A stretch of 64,000 nt of DNA, taken from assembly GCF_001194135.2 (NCBI RefSeq), contig NC_068987.1:62178770-62242769 (forward strand), in the 5' to 3' direction. Positions 1 through 12,569 of this stretch are shown in pieces. A model generated the notes under the pieces. The model saw only the letters and a list, made by a program, of their open reading frames with translations. It did not search any database and was not told the DNA's origin. The position numbers were made by a program, and so were the translations under genes. How positions within the stretch are numbered: the stretch's first letter is position 1; each line of letters opens with the position of its first letter. Source of the stretch: Octopus bimaculoides (Eukaryota).

Positions 1-1084
1 CAAGTGACCTAACATAAGCATTCATACATATAGCAGTAATAACTCCCTTCATGTTCAGCAAGTTCACTGTCATCAATTCACTGCAGAGAAAGTTCATCGT
101 CATCAATTCACCACAGGGCATTGTCAATTCTCCATTTTTTTTCAATAAAGCAGTTTTTAACTATTAATGGTGAGATACTATGGATATATAGTGAGTCAGA
201 AAAGCTGTTTGTTTTACCACAGTATAGTACAGTTGTGCTATGGCATACTCCAGCCAATCAGGGCTAGACACATAGGAATACAAAAGTATTCTGTCAAAGT
301 AGAGAAGTGGGAGTTTTAAGCAGTTGATGAAAAAATGGCACAGCAGCAACAGTTCTTCTTTCAACATGAAACAGTTTTTGTTTCTTCGCCACCATCTTTG
401 TGCAGCTAACTTGGAGTTATATCAGCTCTTGCCTTGTCATCTCCTGAACAGCTTAGTTCAGTTACCCTAACTTCTCTCCTCGAAAGTCTGGATGACATCA
501 GCCACAACTCTGCCTCATAATGAACTGTATATTTTTGTTTAAGCTAGTTTTGTTCCTATTAGCTTCCAACAGAAACATTTTATTCAAAAGTAAGTTACAA
601 TGCTTTACCTGACTCACATACACATACAAGCCACACCTCTTGCTACTTGTCAGCACTTGTTCTTAATTTAATAAAATTACAATGTTTTGTTTAAAAGCTA
701 CTTTCTGATATTCATTTTTGGATGCTTCTCAAAAGTGCATTTAATGGACTTGTTCATGAACACTTTCATAATTTAAATTAGTGACCACTCTCACAAAAGA
801 TATATTTTCTCAGTAAACTTTCCTCACAGTGAACTGATGGCAGTAAACTTACCTGTAATCAACTCCCTTCATATTAACATAATTTAACATCACTTTCCAT
901 GGTTACTATTGTCATCATTTAAAATTTTAAAACTTAAGCCTGCAGTTCTCATTTTAACCTTTTTTATATAACATACCAAAGACCATCCTTGGTTCTATGA
1001 TACAAACTTCATGTATTATAGATTTAATTAAAACTTATTAAAATTTCAAGTTTATTTATGAGCCAAACACCAGTTTAGTAATCA

Positions 1085-2000
1085 CCATAATCATCATCAT
1101 CATCATTTAACGTCTGTTGTCCATACTGGCATGGGTTGGACGGTTTGACTTGTCTGGCTTGCTGGATTGCTGCACGAGACTCCAATTTGACTTGGCATGG
1201 CTTTCTACAGCTGAATGCCTTTCCTAATGCCAACCACTTCAAGAGTGTAATGAGTGCTTTTACATGCCACCAGCACAGGTGCCATTTGTGTGACACCAAG
1301 GTGCTTTTATATGCAGCTGGCATGAGTGCCATTTGCGTGACACTGGTATGTGCCATGACTGTGATTTTGCTCAGCTTGAGGGTCTTCTTCTCAAGCATGA
1401 CATAATGCCAAAGGTCTCAGCTACCTTACCTCCATGACGCCCAACACTCAAAAGGAACTGAGCCACTTTGCCTCCGTGAAGCCCAATGCTCGATAAAGGA
1501 ATTCAGTCACTTTGCTTCAGTGAGGCCCAGATGCTCAAAAGGTGTTCTTTATGTGTCGCTGGCATGGGTACCAGTTACCACAGCTATGATTTCATTTGGC
1601 TTGATGGGTCCTCTCAAGCACAGCACATCACCAAAGGTCTTGGTCACTAGTCATTGCCTCTGTGAGGTTCAAAGTTTGAAGATCAAGCCTCACCACCTTG
1701 TCCCATGTCTTCCTGGGTTTACCTCTACCACAGGTTCCCTCCACAGTTAGAGATCAACACTTATTTACACAGCTGTCCTCGTCCATATGCATCACATGAC
1801 CATACCAGTGCAGTCGTCTCTCTTGCATATCACATCTGATGCCTGTCATGCTTAACTTTTCTTTCAAGATACTTACACTCTGTTGAACATGCACATTGAT
1901 ATTGCATATCCACTGAAGCATACTGGCTTCACTTTTTTCAAGCCTACGCATGTCCTCAGCTGTCACAGCCCATGTTTTACTGCCATGCAGTATAGCTGTT
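1085..2000 (-). mobile_element. RTE-clade LINE 3' fragment (ORF end, 3' UTR, (GAT)n tail)
   Basis: The - strand encodes TAEDMRRLEKSEASMLQWIC...ERRLHWYGHV, followed by the AGGAAGGCATCCAGCTGTAG-type tail and (GAT)n at about 1085-1105. Confidence 0.85.
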
Positions 2001-2207
2001 CATACGCAGGCATCAAACAATTTGCCTTTCACTCTGAACTTTGCCCAACCTAATCCTATTCTCACAGCTACTTATATTTTACATTACTTCTCTAAATTAA
2101 TTGAAATTAATTGCACAGAGAAAAGTGGGTGCAGGTTTCTGTACATGTCATGTTATATAATAAAAAAAATGGGTGAAAATATACATCTACGTGTGTGTGT
2201 GTGTGTA

Positions 2208-2417
2208 TGAGGAGTACTGAATAGTTCCTGGCTTTGGATAAAAGAAAATACAGGAGGATTAGTTATGATTTTATTCAACATCTCAGATTTACACACTCGT
2301 TGCAGCAGTCCTTCACTTATTCTAAGCCCTGTAAGAGAATTCAGAAGGCTGGGCCTCCAGCCAGGCTTTTCCCGATACCCTTAAAGCTAGGAAGTTTTCA
2401 GTAAAGCAACTCCTTAT
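2208..2417. mobile_element. Mariner-derived MITE (about 210 bp)
   Basis: Inverted copy of the element at 52466-52679; degenerate TIRs; TA flanks. Confidence 0.6.
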
Positions 2418-2438
2418 ACATACATGTGCACACATGTG

Positions 2439-2470
<32 letters not shown>

Positions 2471-2479
2471 TGAATATAT

Positions 2480-4300
2480 GTGTGTATATGTGTGTAAGTA
2501 TGAAGTGGACAGTCATTAAGTTCATTGAAGATATAAAGATGAAGAAAGCAACAGGTCTATCAAGTATAGCTGATGAGATACTGAAAATGTCTGACAAATT
2601 AGAGCTGAAGCTAGCCACTTGCATAGCTAACCAGTTAATACAAGAAAGTATCATACCCAATGACTGGCAGAGTAGTATAATCATCAGTTGATACAAAGGT
2701 AAATGAGATACTTTAGACAGAAGCAACCACAGCGGCATCAAAATGGTGGATTAGGTTACGAAAGAAATGGAAGAGCATTAGCAGAGTTGATAAAGAAAAT
2801 CAGCTGAGATGAGATGCAGTTCAGATGTGTGCCAGGTCAGGGTACTACAGGTGCTAAGAGTAAGGCGACGAGCTGGCAGAAACGTTAGCAAGCCGGGCGA
2901 AATGCTTAGCAGTGTTTCGTCTGCCGTTACGTTCTGAGCTCAAATTCTGCCGAGGTCAACTTTGCCTTTCATCCTTTCAGGGTCGATAAATTAAGTACCA
3001 GCTATGCACTGGGGTCGATGTAATCGACTTAATCCGTTTGTTTGTCCCCTCTATGTTTAACCCCTTGTGGGCAATAAGGAAATAAGAGTAAGTCTCTTTA
3101 CCTAGAATTTGTTGATTTAGTTTAAGTTTTTAACAGAGTACCATAATCTGTAGACTGGTGGCCTTTAAGGAAACTGCATTTTGAGGAATTGCTTGTGAGG
3201 GTGATTTAAGTCATGTGCAGAAATGCAGTCAGCTAAGTTAGTTGGGAAAAGTTTATTGAGGAATTTAGTGTGCAGTTAGGTGTTTGTCAAAGTTAAGTTT
3301 TCAGCCTTTTTGTTTATTAGAATTCCCCATGCCACCACAGTGGAGTTTGAGAGGCTATTCATAGGCTATTATACGGTGATGACCTAATCCTTAAAACAGA
3401 AATTCCAGATTTGAGAGGCCGAATAGTAAACTTGGTGAAGACTAATGTTTTTTTTTTTTCTAAGTAGGAGAGAAGACATGATTCTACTGCTCTCAAGAAA
3501 ATGGCTATGCTTGTTATGCAGAAATAGAGTAGGTAGAAATTGCACGTGATGCACACTGTATAAGCGACTGGTGCATAAAATATGTACTGGGGTCATAGAT
3601 AGGCTCTCATTGGATAAAGACTTTGCATGTGTCAGATGCGCAAGCACTAGTAAAACAAATTCTTTTTAATGCTAGGATTCCATTGAAGTTGATTGCTTGT
3701 TACCTAGGTGATAAAATCTGTTGTGGAGGCAGCTACTTTGAAAGTAAACAAGAATAAGAACAAGATGGAAAAACTTCAGGGAGCTATTACTTCTACTGAC
3801 AAGAAGAGGATTTTTTCTCTGAGCAAAGTGTAGATTGTTGTTTGTATACAAAGTTTGATTGTGCATGAGAGTGAGGCATGAATTTTAAGAAGGTGTGTGA
3901 AGACTGAAGAAAAATGAAGCAAGCATTCTTTGCCGGATGTGTAATGTTAGTGTGCATGGGCCATATGGTACACTGAGAGAAAATCAGTGTATGAGAAATC
4001 AGAAGTAATGTGTAAGAAAGACAAATGTGCTTGTATGAACTTGTAAAGTGTATGGATGATGACAAGTGGATAAAGAAGCCTGAGGAGATTCAAGTGGGAT
4101 GAAACTGTAAAAGAGCTGATCTCACAAAGGTAACGACCAAGAAACATGACAATTGGTGAGACACCGATCTGGAGAACTGAATTAGGGGAGAGGCAGAAAG
4201 GAAGAAATTTGCACATGTGCTGCAATGTGAGAGTCAGAAGCATGAGGTGTTACAGATTGTAAGAAGAGCATATCAGAAAAACAAAAAAAAAGCAAGATAT
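2480..4300 (+). mobile_element. Degenerate RTE LINE fragments, interrupted by a SINE
   Basis: Encodes IKMKKATGLSSIADEILK...IPNDWQSSII..KG..LDRSN..GIK and, after the SINE, LYLEFVDL..FNRVP; many stops and frameshifts. Confidence 0.75.
2865..3082 (+). mobile_element. tRNA-derived SINE family A (Deu/Nin-like core), full length with TSD
   Basis: GAGCTGGCAGAA head, GTTCAAATTC-like B box, core GCCTTTCATCCTTTCAGGGTCGATAAATTAAGTACCAG. TSD TAAGAGTAAG at 2855-2864 and 3083-3092. Other copies (approx.): 9315-9515, 13410-13590, 14455-14665, 34680-34885, 47070-47280, 47290-47480 (all -); 21620-21780, 22210-22330, 51915-52085 (+). Confidence 0.85.
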
Positions 4301-5610
4301 CATTAAAGATGAAGAGTATCAGGAGTGATTGAAGAACACTTGCCTTTATTGCTGATGACAAAAAAGAAGTAGGGAAGTGCTATAAGAAAGGTTATTGAAC
4401 AAGGAGAATATATGGGATAAAGGGAGTCTACCTCATACTGACTCAACAGAAGGATTAGCAATTCAGTTGAAAGCAGTATGGGAGATAAGAGTGATTAAAG
4501 ATATGAAAATTGGGAAAACTGCCAGCCCATCAGGGATAGTCACTGAGTTGCTCAAAATATCTGATAAAGTGGGATATTTGTTAGTCTCTCAAATAGTTAA
4601 CTCTTACTCTTTTACTTGTTTCAGTCATTTGACTGTGGCCATGCTGGAGCACCGCCTTTAGTCGAGCAAATCGACCCCAGAACTTATTCTTTGTAAGCCT
4701 AGTACTTATTCTATCGGTCTCTTTTGCCAAACCGCTAAGTTACGGGGATGTAAACACGCCAGCATCGGTTGTCAAGCGATGTTGTGGGGACAAACACAGA
4801 CACACAAACACACACACAGACATATATATATATATACATATACACGACAGGCTTCTTTCAGTTTCCGTCTACCAAATCCACTCACCAGGCTTTGGTCAGC
4901 CCGAGGCTATAGTAGAAGACATTTGCCCAAGGTGCCACGCAGTGGGACTGAACCCGGAACCATGTGGTTGGTAAATGAGCTACTTACCACACAGCCATTC
5001 CTGGTAATAAAGGAAAATTTCACACATAATAACTGGTATAGCAGTTTTATTGTAAACTGCTTCAAAGGCAAAGGAGATGAATTAGAGACTGGAAATTACA
5101 GGTGTCAAATTGTTGGCTCAAACTATGAATGTTACAGAAAATGTCATAGCACAATTGAACAGGAACTGGATAAGCCTAGATGAGATGCTGTTCAGCTTTC
5201 TGCTTGGAAGAAATTTCACAGATGTCATCTTTCTTGTCAGGTACTGCAAGAAAAGTACTCAGCTTAAAGTAATCTGCTATATCTAGTATTTGTTGACTTA
5301 GAGAAGAATTTTGACATAGTGTCATTCTTAATAGTCCAATGGTCCATAGTGTCATTCTTAATAGTCCAGTGGTGACTAAGGAATGTAGGTGCAGGTGAAT
5401 GACTAGTGAGGGTCACACAAATTATGTGTAAAGGTGCGGCCAGTATGATTTTAGCATGAAAGTAAGAGTGCATCAAAATTCGCTCCTCAGCCTCCGTCTA
5501 CGCATTGCCGTCTTACAGGCCAAATAGAGGAACTCAAGATCAGATGTCTATGGGGACTCCTATATGCTTATGACCTAGCTCTTATAGTTGAATCTATAGT
5601 AGAATATAAT
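4300..5610 (+). mobile_element. Second degenerate RTE reverse-transcriptase fragment, interrupted by a family B SINE
   Basis: Encodes IKDMKIGKTASPSGIVTELLKIS | FIVNCFKGKGDELETGNYR...YLVFVDLEKNFD...LLYAYDLAL (decayed YADD); short tandem duplication at about 5317-5375. Confidence 0.8.
4600..5003 (-). mobile_element. tRNA-derived SINE family B (CORE-like, internal (CA)/(TA) microsatellite)
   Basis: On -: TGGCTGTGTGG A box, GGTTCAGTCCC B box, CCTTGGGCAARTGTCTTCTACTATAGCC core. Other copies (approx.): 6650-7022 (-), 62305-62685 (-), 34965-35330 (+); partials at 18180-18345, 20310-20560, 26315-26510, 46050-46200, 52725-52855, 53735-53850. Confidence 0.85.
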
Positions 5611-5906
5611 TGTCTTAATGTTGGATTCACTGATTGAAACAATACTTAATAAATAAATAAATAAATAAATAAAATAAAAAGTTGATTTTTTTTTGTGCCG
5701 GTGTACGTGTAAACATTAACCAGTGAAAACAAATCCTTAACATTGCTAAGACTGCATCCCTACGACTACCTCTTTCCTTTAGGGTCTATATTATTTGACG
5801 AGCACCGTATACAAGAGTAAACATACTCAGCAATCAGTTTTCAATACCTTCTTGCAATATATTTCATTTTCCTCTTGTTGTTAATGATATTACAAAGCTT
5901 CATTTT

Positions 5907-5996
5907 AAATAACAAAAAAAAAAAAAAAANNNNNNNNNNAAAAAAAAAAAAAAAAAAAATCGATATTGATAGCACAAATCTCCCGATATGACGTAG
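5907..5996 (+). promoter_or_regulatory. Putative PITHD1 promoter: poly(dA) tract, DRE-like AATCGATA, CRE-like TGACGTA
   Basis: Long A tract with a 10-N gap, ending at AATCGATA (5958-5965; matches WATCGATW). TGACGTAG at 5989-5996. All about 100-190 bp upstream of the ATG. Motif match only. Confidence 0.3.
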
Positions 5997-6097
5997 TTAA
6001 GAGGAAGCTGGTGTTGCCATACAAAAACGCTGTTCAAGCAGGATAACTCTTAGTGGTTTATTGTTATGCGTTGAAGAGTTACATATAAACACAGAAA

Positions 6098-6295
6098 ATG
6101 GCTGGACATGGTCACGGTCATGGCCATTGTTGTCACGAACACAAAAGCACTGGGCAAGCAGACGAAGACAGTGCTAATGCGTTTAATTTGTATCTTAAAA
6201 TAGACACAGATCGAATTGTATGTTTGAATGAAGCTGTGGAGGATTCTGGAAAACATGTCTTTAAACCATGGAATGAACGTCTCTCGAAGGAAAAG
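6098..6295 (+). CDS. PITHD1: PITH domain-containing protein 1, coding exon 1 (198 nt)
   Basis: ATG at 6098 encodes MAGHGHGHGHCCHEH...NLYLKIDTDRIVCLNEAVEDSGKHVFKPWNERLSKEK; GT donor at 6296. The LYxxID...CLNE...VFKPW motif is typical of PITHD1. The six exons sum to 636 nt (211 aa + stop). Confidence 0.97.
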
Positions 6296-6649
6296 GTTTT
6301 TTTTAACAGCTTCAATATCCTTTTGTTTTTTTAAATAAATATTAATAATCACATTTTGTTTCACTTTTGTCAGACAAGATGTTTTCTAGAAATATACTTC
6401 TAACCACGCATATATAAACACATTATACTATTAACTGTTACAAAATTTAATATATGCAAACATTACTGCGCTTGCTGTATCATAAACGTAAACAAGATAG
6501 TAAAAGTAGCAAACAACCACACATTAATTTTTTTGTTAATTATAATGTAAAGTATTGGTATGTTAAACACACATGTATGTGTTAAACGCACGCACATATA
6601 CGGCCAGTGTTCTTCCAATCTTGGCTTGAAGGCCTACCTCTCTTTACTC

Positions 6650-7022
6650 TGTACTCTTTTTACTTGTTTCAGTCATTTTGACTGTGGCCATGCTGGAGCA
6701 CCGCCTTTAGTCGACAAATCAACCCCAGGACTTATTCTTTGGAAGCCTAGTACTTATTCTATCGGTGTCTTTTGCCAAATCGCTAAGATACGGGGACGTA
6801 AACACACCAGCATCGGTTGTCAAGCGATGTTGGGGGGTCAAACAAACATATCCACATACATATATACGACGGGCTTCTTTTAGTTTCCGTCTACCAAATC
6901 CACTCACAAGGCTTTGGTCTGCCCGAGGTTATTGTAGAAGACACCTGCCCAAAGTGCCACGAAGTGGGACTGAACCCGGAACCATGTGGTTTGTAAGCAA
7001 GCTACTTACCACACAGCCACTC
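6650..7022 (-). mobile_element. SINE family B copy in PITHD1 intron 1
   Basis: Near-identical to 4600-5003 and 62305-62685. Confidence 0.85.
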
Positions 7023-7062
7023 CTGCACCTCGGCGAAGATCAAACAAATTTTTTTAGTTTTA

Positions 7063-7063
<1 letters not shown>

Positions 7064-7117
<54 letters not shown>
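7064..7117. repeat. (ATT)n microsatellite
   Basis: Perfect ATT array. Confidence 0.98.
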
Positions 7118-8935
7118 TCTGCGAATATTTAAGTTAAAATTTTAATTACTATGTGATTAATGTTCCTGTACTTTGTAGGAAATCGATGTTAATTTTAATA
7201 TTCGAATTTCAAGCATGACTTACTAATGTTGAAAATACCCATGTTCCATTAGTTGAAATTTCTTAATCTCTTATTTTTGGTATTCCAAACCTTGCGATGC
7301 TTTCCTAACTGATTTTCATTAACAACTTATAATTGATTATTTTACCAGAGTTTATGTTTATTGTGCGCTAGTATTATAAATCTCGCAAACATTTGGTATC
7401 CCCCTGGGCATTTTGATATATACATCGAAGTACATAGTTAAATGAAATTAATAATCATACAATTAAATAATCAGTAGTAATTTTGTGAAATTAATTCTTA
7501 ATTTCTTAAAAATCACCCCCACTCCTTGTCTTTGTGTGTTGCTACTAATCACTGCTCACAATTCAGATGGTCATATCTGTTCTCACATTATCCATTGCAG
7601 TAATTTGGTTTTTAAGACAGTGGAGGCAAGTAAAAGGATATTACGACTAAGTTTTGGTTTTCTTTTTCCACTTTAAAGTAAAACATCATTAAATGTCTAG
7701 TTTATGTAGAACCCAAGCATTGTTAATTTAATCAGATAGTAACCAACTTAACATGTTTGTCTTTAACGTCTTTTACTCAAACTTGGGATCAGTAAAGTGC
7801 AGTGGCAAGTTGAATGTGGGGCTTTTGAGCTGGTTCTAATATGCTTCAGATTGTACAAGTTTGTGTATAAATCTAACAATTTCGATTCGAAGGGAAATAA
7901 CTGTCTAGAGTTACGTCCCTTCATATGAGAATAGAGAACACAGAATTGTATATATTCCTGAGTTCAGTATTTTTCGACTGGTCAAATATTTTCAACATAG
8001 CGATGTTGACGCGTCTTTAAAGGCACACACTAGCAGTATAGTTCTCTGGATATGTGAGCGAGGAGTGGATTCACCAATCCACATTATAGGCTACTTGTGC
8101 AAGAGAGCAAGAATAAGAACTGATGCAGTATAACGAGGGACTCTTTAGTCCTTGCGTGGGACAAACTTTCCATTGTTAGTGGCATGATAAAATGCACCAA
8201 AACGTATGCAGAAAGCTGGCTTTGGTGATATGTCTTTGATCATGTTGATCTGTCCTTAAGATGCTAGCATAGGGAAATGATGATATATCGTCAGTATTGA
8301 TCTGAGCTTCACTAGAACTGAAGAGATCACTAAACTGTGCATGGTTTTTTCCACGAGGAAACAACAGTATACTGATTACAAGGACTGAATCATTAAACTT
8401 CACTGAAAGGATTTGACCAGCTCTAAGTCTTTTTTTTTTTTTTTTTTTTTTTAATTAGACTTAGTAATACTAGAAAGAAACAAAACAATTTTCTAAAGAT
8501 GAAATGATTCTTTTTTAAGCTGTTGGGGGTGAATATTCTTTGGAATAGGTTCCAGGTTTGCTGGAAATGTTTTATCTGTGATTGATGAGTGTCTTATTTG
8601 AGGAAAGATTCATAATTTATTCATTAAATGCAGTGAGTTTCAATCATTTTTGATGGTAGCCTTCTAAGAATGCATTTTTATCAACGGAGAGCTAATTTTA
8701 TTTTCTTTAGGAATTTCACTTTAATTTCTATCAATATTCCAAGCACATTGCATTAATTTGTATTATAATCTGCTTATATTACAAAGATATAGCTAAATAT
8801 CAATCTTATGAGTTCACTTGTTTTGTATAATCATGCTTTTACATGGTTAAGTGATATTCAATGTTGTGCTTTGTCTTTATATAATTATTTATATTTCTAC
8901 ATCTTGATTGTTGTGCCTTTTCTTTTCTTTTAAAG

Positions 8936-8979
8936 TATGTTGACAGTGATGTTGATGAAGAATTATTATTTAATATTCC
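8936..8979 (+). CDS. PITHD1: PITHD1 exon 2 (44 nt)
   Basis: Pyrimidine tract + AAAG acceptor; encodes YVDSDVDEELLFNIP; GTAAGT donor at 8980. Confidence 0.96.
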
Positions 8980-9931
8980 GTAAGTATATATTTCAAAATC
9001 AGTAATTTATCCTTAGAAAATGTTGAAATAACTCTGAGTGTTGCNNNNNNNNNNACATGAATTTTTAGAAGGAATCGAAATAGACAGTGTAATGATTATA
9101 TCTTTCCTAAGGGTATTTGTAATGTAATTGAAATGAAATAACATCGAATGGTTATGAGGGTCCACCCAAATAAAATAGGAATTAAAGGGGTTCATAGATA
9201 AAGAATGGTTGAGAAACACTGATCTAATTCATTGTTACTAAAGCATCAGTCTTCTCTTCAGCTAATTAATGATTGCTAATACATTAAATTCCTACCTTTA
9301 GCCTACTTAATAATCCTTTCTACTAAAGGCACAAGGCCTAAAATTTGATAGGAGGGGACTAGTCCATTACATGGACCCCTGTACTCAACTAGTACTTAAT
9401 TTATTGACCCCGAAAGGATGAAAGGCAAAGTCAGCCTCAGTGGAACATAAAGATGGATGAAATGTCGGTAAGCATTTTGCCCTGTGTGCTAACAATTCTG
9501 CCAGATCACCGCCTAAGCTTACTTAATAATGTTAACTGTTACATGATAGTCTTACTTCTTTCTTATTAATTAATCATTACTAATACACCAAAGATTTTCT
9601 TTTCTCGATATAATTAATAGTTACTTATGCATTATAGTTTTACTTCTGACCAACTAATAATACTTTGTTATACACTGAAGTTTTACATCTTTCTAACAAT
9701 ATAGGTCAAAGAATCTTGACTGATGCTGTGCATTGGGATTGAATCAAGAATTTCTTAATGTCACAGTCATGCACATGTGGTTTATTATAATGCTGAAAGT
9801 CATAACTATGCTTATGTGTTGAGAAATAGATCAATAACAAAGTTATTCTGATTAGAAAATATGTTTGCCAATTGCTTAGTTTCATTATTTGTCAACTTCA
9901 TGTATTCCCCCTTTTTTCTTCTTTTTGCTAG

Positions 9932-10009
9932 ATTTACAGGCCATGTTAAGCTGAAAAGTATTATTGTCATTGGAGGTGGTGAAAATATGGATCCATCAAA
10001 GATGAAGCT
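9932..10009 (+). CDS. PITHD1: PITHD1 exon 3 (78 nt)
   Basis: ttttgctag acceptor; encodes FTGHVKLKSIIVIGGGENMDPSKMKL; GTAAGT donor. Confidence 0.96.
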
Positions 10010-10427
10010 GTAAGTTATTCATCATCATTGTCATCACCATCATCATCAATGTTGTCATTGTCATCTTGTCATTTTACAGCTGGCATGGGTTGGACAATTC
10101 ATTCCTTTTTCTTTTTTAAAAGAATATTTTGCTCATAGTAAATTTTTATCTTCAAATTGTATTGTTTTGAATTATTGATCAGCAATGTGAATGTAACAAC
10201 ATGAAATAAACCAGTAACATGATGAAATATATGTAAACTATTCAAAGCTCAAAACAAATATATATATCTTCTATGGACTTCAGGGATTTGAACTAAAGAT
10301 ATGAAAATATATAAAACATTAATTCCTGTACCATGCTTGATCTAAATCTCAACACCATGGAGTTGTTGGTAATAATACAGTCACAAAGCTAAGAAAAAAT
10401 TTTATCCTCATTTTCTTCCAGTTTTAC

Positions 10428-10667
10428 ATCTTGGCTCCAGTGATTTTACGGAGTTCCTCAGCACCGTATTGAAGATGATGGCATAAATTCATAAGGACTT
10501 AGAATTTCATTTTAATTAATTGGAAAACCAGGGATAGAGCCCATGATTTTGATAGGCATTCCTAGACTAATGAGGTTGATGCAGCTAATATTCAGCCTGA
10601 AATTTGTATGTCAATGACTGCAGGAAAAGTGTGATTGATGCAGGAATTCCAAACAGCTGCAGTCCAG
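10428..10667 (+). repeat. 240-bp direct repeat, copy 1 (PITHD1 intron 3)
   Basis: Aligns without gaps to 11651-11890 with 8 mismatches by my count. Confidence 0.95.
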
Positions 10668-10954
10668 CAGATGAAGGTCTGACTAAAGTGTTTAGTGTGG
10701 ATTCTGAGGGGTGAAGTATATGGGTCTAGGTAGAGAGGATAGTTAACTAGTTTAACTTTTTTTGTTATCATATGTCTGTTGGAGTATATTGACTTTGTTT
10801 CAATTAGTTAAAAGGTTGGAGACCACTATCATTAAACACTACACCTCTATAACATATATTTCGTTTTAACATCTATATTTTTCTATAGTGATAAGTTTGA
10901 CTGAAATTTGATATTGAAAACCTCCTATCAGTTATTCAATCAACTTTTGTTTAG

Positions 10955-11059
10955 GTTCAAAAACCGTCCAGCAATGACATTTGATGACACAAATGCTGCA
11001 GCAGACCAAGAATTTGATCTTAATCCTGACCCAGAAGGCCAACTGCACTACCCAACAAA
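10955..11059 (+). CDS. PITHD1: PITHD1 exon 4 (105 nt, phase 2-2)
   Basis: ttttgtttag acceptor; encodes FKNRPAMTFDDTNAAADQEFDLNPDPEGQLHYPTK; GTAAAT donor. Confidence 0.96.
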
Positions 11060-11650
11060 GTAAATTTTTGTTTTCAGTATCTCCAATATTTATCTCTTTT
11101 ACAACCACTGTTTCTTAGATTATTAACAATTGAACTTTATTTATTCTCATGCTTTACCTTGCTAATAAAAACTGAAGATTTAGCTTTGTGTTTGCATGCA
11201 AGTCGGTAAGCTAGAGAAACATACCCTGAATTAAGGAATAAAGGAGAGGTGGTCGTTCTAAAGGCATTATTTATTTTTCAACTGGTTGTTCTTTTAAGAT
11301 TTCTGTTTTGTAGAATGATGTTTTTTATTTCTTTTTTGATTTGAGATAAAAACCTTGTGTTATCAGAAAATGAATGAGAAAATATGACATAACATGCATG
11401 CTTTTACTATCATAGGACAGAAATGAATAACTTCTAGCAAAAATGGAAACCTGTTTATAGAATGGATCTTACCTCTGTTCTATAGCAACCTGTGTGTGTG
11501 TGTGAGAGAGACAGACAGACAGACAGACAGAGATGTTGAGTCAAAAATTTGAGGAGATTTTCACTGAAGATTTTTGACAACTTCTATCTCCATGTTAAAT
11601 TATTGAAACACTTATACCTAGTACTAAAACTTTCTTTCAACATGCTTTAT

Positions 11651-11890
11651 ATCTTGGCTCTAGTGATTTTACGGAGTTCATCAGCACTGTATTGTAGATG
11701 ATGACATAAATTCATAAGGACTTAGAATTTCATTTTAATTAATTAGAATACCAGGGGTAGAGCCCATGATTTTGATAGGCATTCCTAGACTAATGAGGTT
11801 GATGCAGCTAATATTCAGCCTGAAATTTGTATGTCAATGACTGCAGGAAAAGTGTGATTGATGCAGGAATTCCAAACAGCTGCAGTCCAG
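11651..11890 (+). repeat. 240-bp direct repeat, copy 2 (PITHD1 intron 4)
   Basis: See copy 1; directly followed by an RTE 3' tail (11891-12040). Confidence 0.95.
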
Positions 11891-12569
11891 TGGAGTGGTT
11901 GGTATTAGGAAGGGCATCCAATCAGAAAAACCCTGCCAAAACAAACACAGTAACCTGGGGTAGCCTTCTACCTGGCTGGCTCCTGTCAACCATCCTACCC
12001 ATGCATGCATGGAAGACAGATGTTAGACGATGATGATAATATTGTTAATATTTATTTTGGAATAATACATAACATAAACTTTAAATTAGTTAGAGAATAT
12101 TATGAATATATCTTTTTTTAGTAGTCTTTTAATGCAACCTATATTTGTAAGCAACACACTGCCACACAAACTCACACAAACACACACACATTCATACAAC
12201 TGCACAAACAACTACATTTATTGCAACACCTAATGTTAACACCTTAACACATTTAAAGAATATAGATTTATAACTCTTCAGTCTAAGAAATACTATTAAC
12301 TATCCACTTGAATATCTTTCCAGTTCATTTTCCACACTTGACTGACTAATGTACTTTTTCTCACTTAACTTTTTAATTTTTAAAAATTCATTTACTCTAA
12401 TCTTCATTCATTTATTAATTAATTTGAAAGCGTCTATTTCACGTGCTCTTAGTACTTACTCTCTCTCTTTACCTGCTACTTGTGAAGTCCACCTTCTCTG
12501 TTAGCCTACCTATGGCTCCACTGCACCTCAGAATGTCCATAGTTTGTATGTATGTTTGGCCTCATGGAG

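Noticed and set aside
164-560. Protein-like stretch on - at the start of the window
   Set aside because: Stops in all frames and no recognisable motif; at best an unidentifiable TE remnant.
8277-8330. ATGATGA...CTGA...CTGA, snoRNA C/D-box-like
   Set aside because: Too short, no terminal stem and no recognisable guide sequence.
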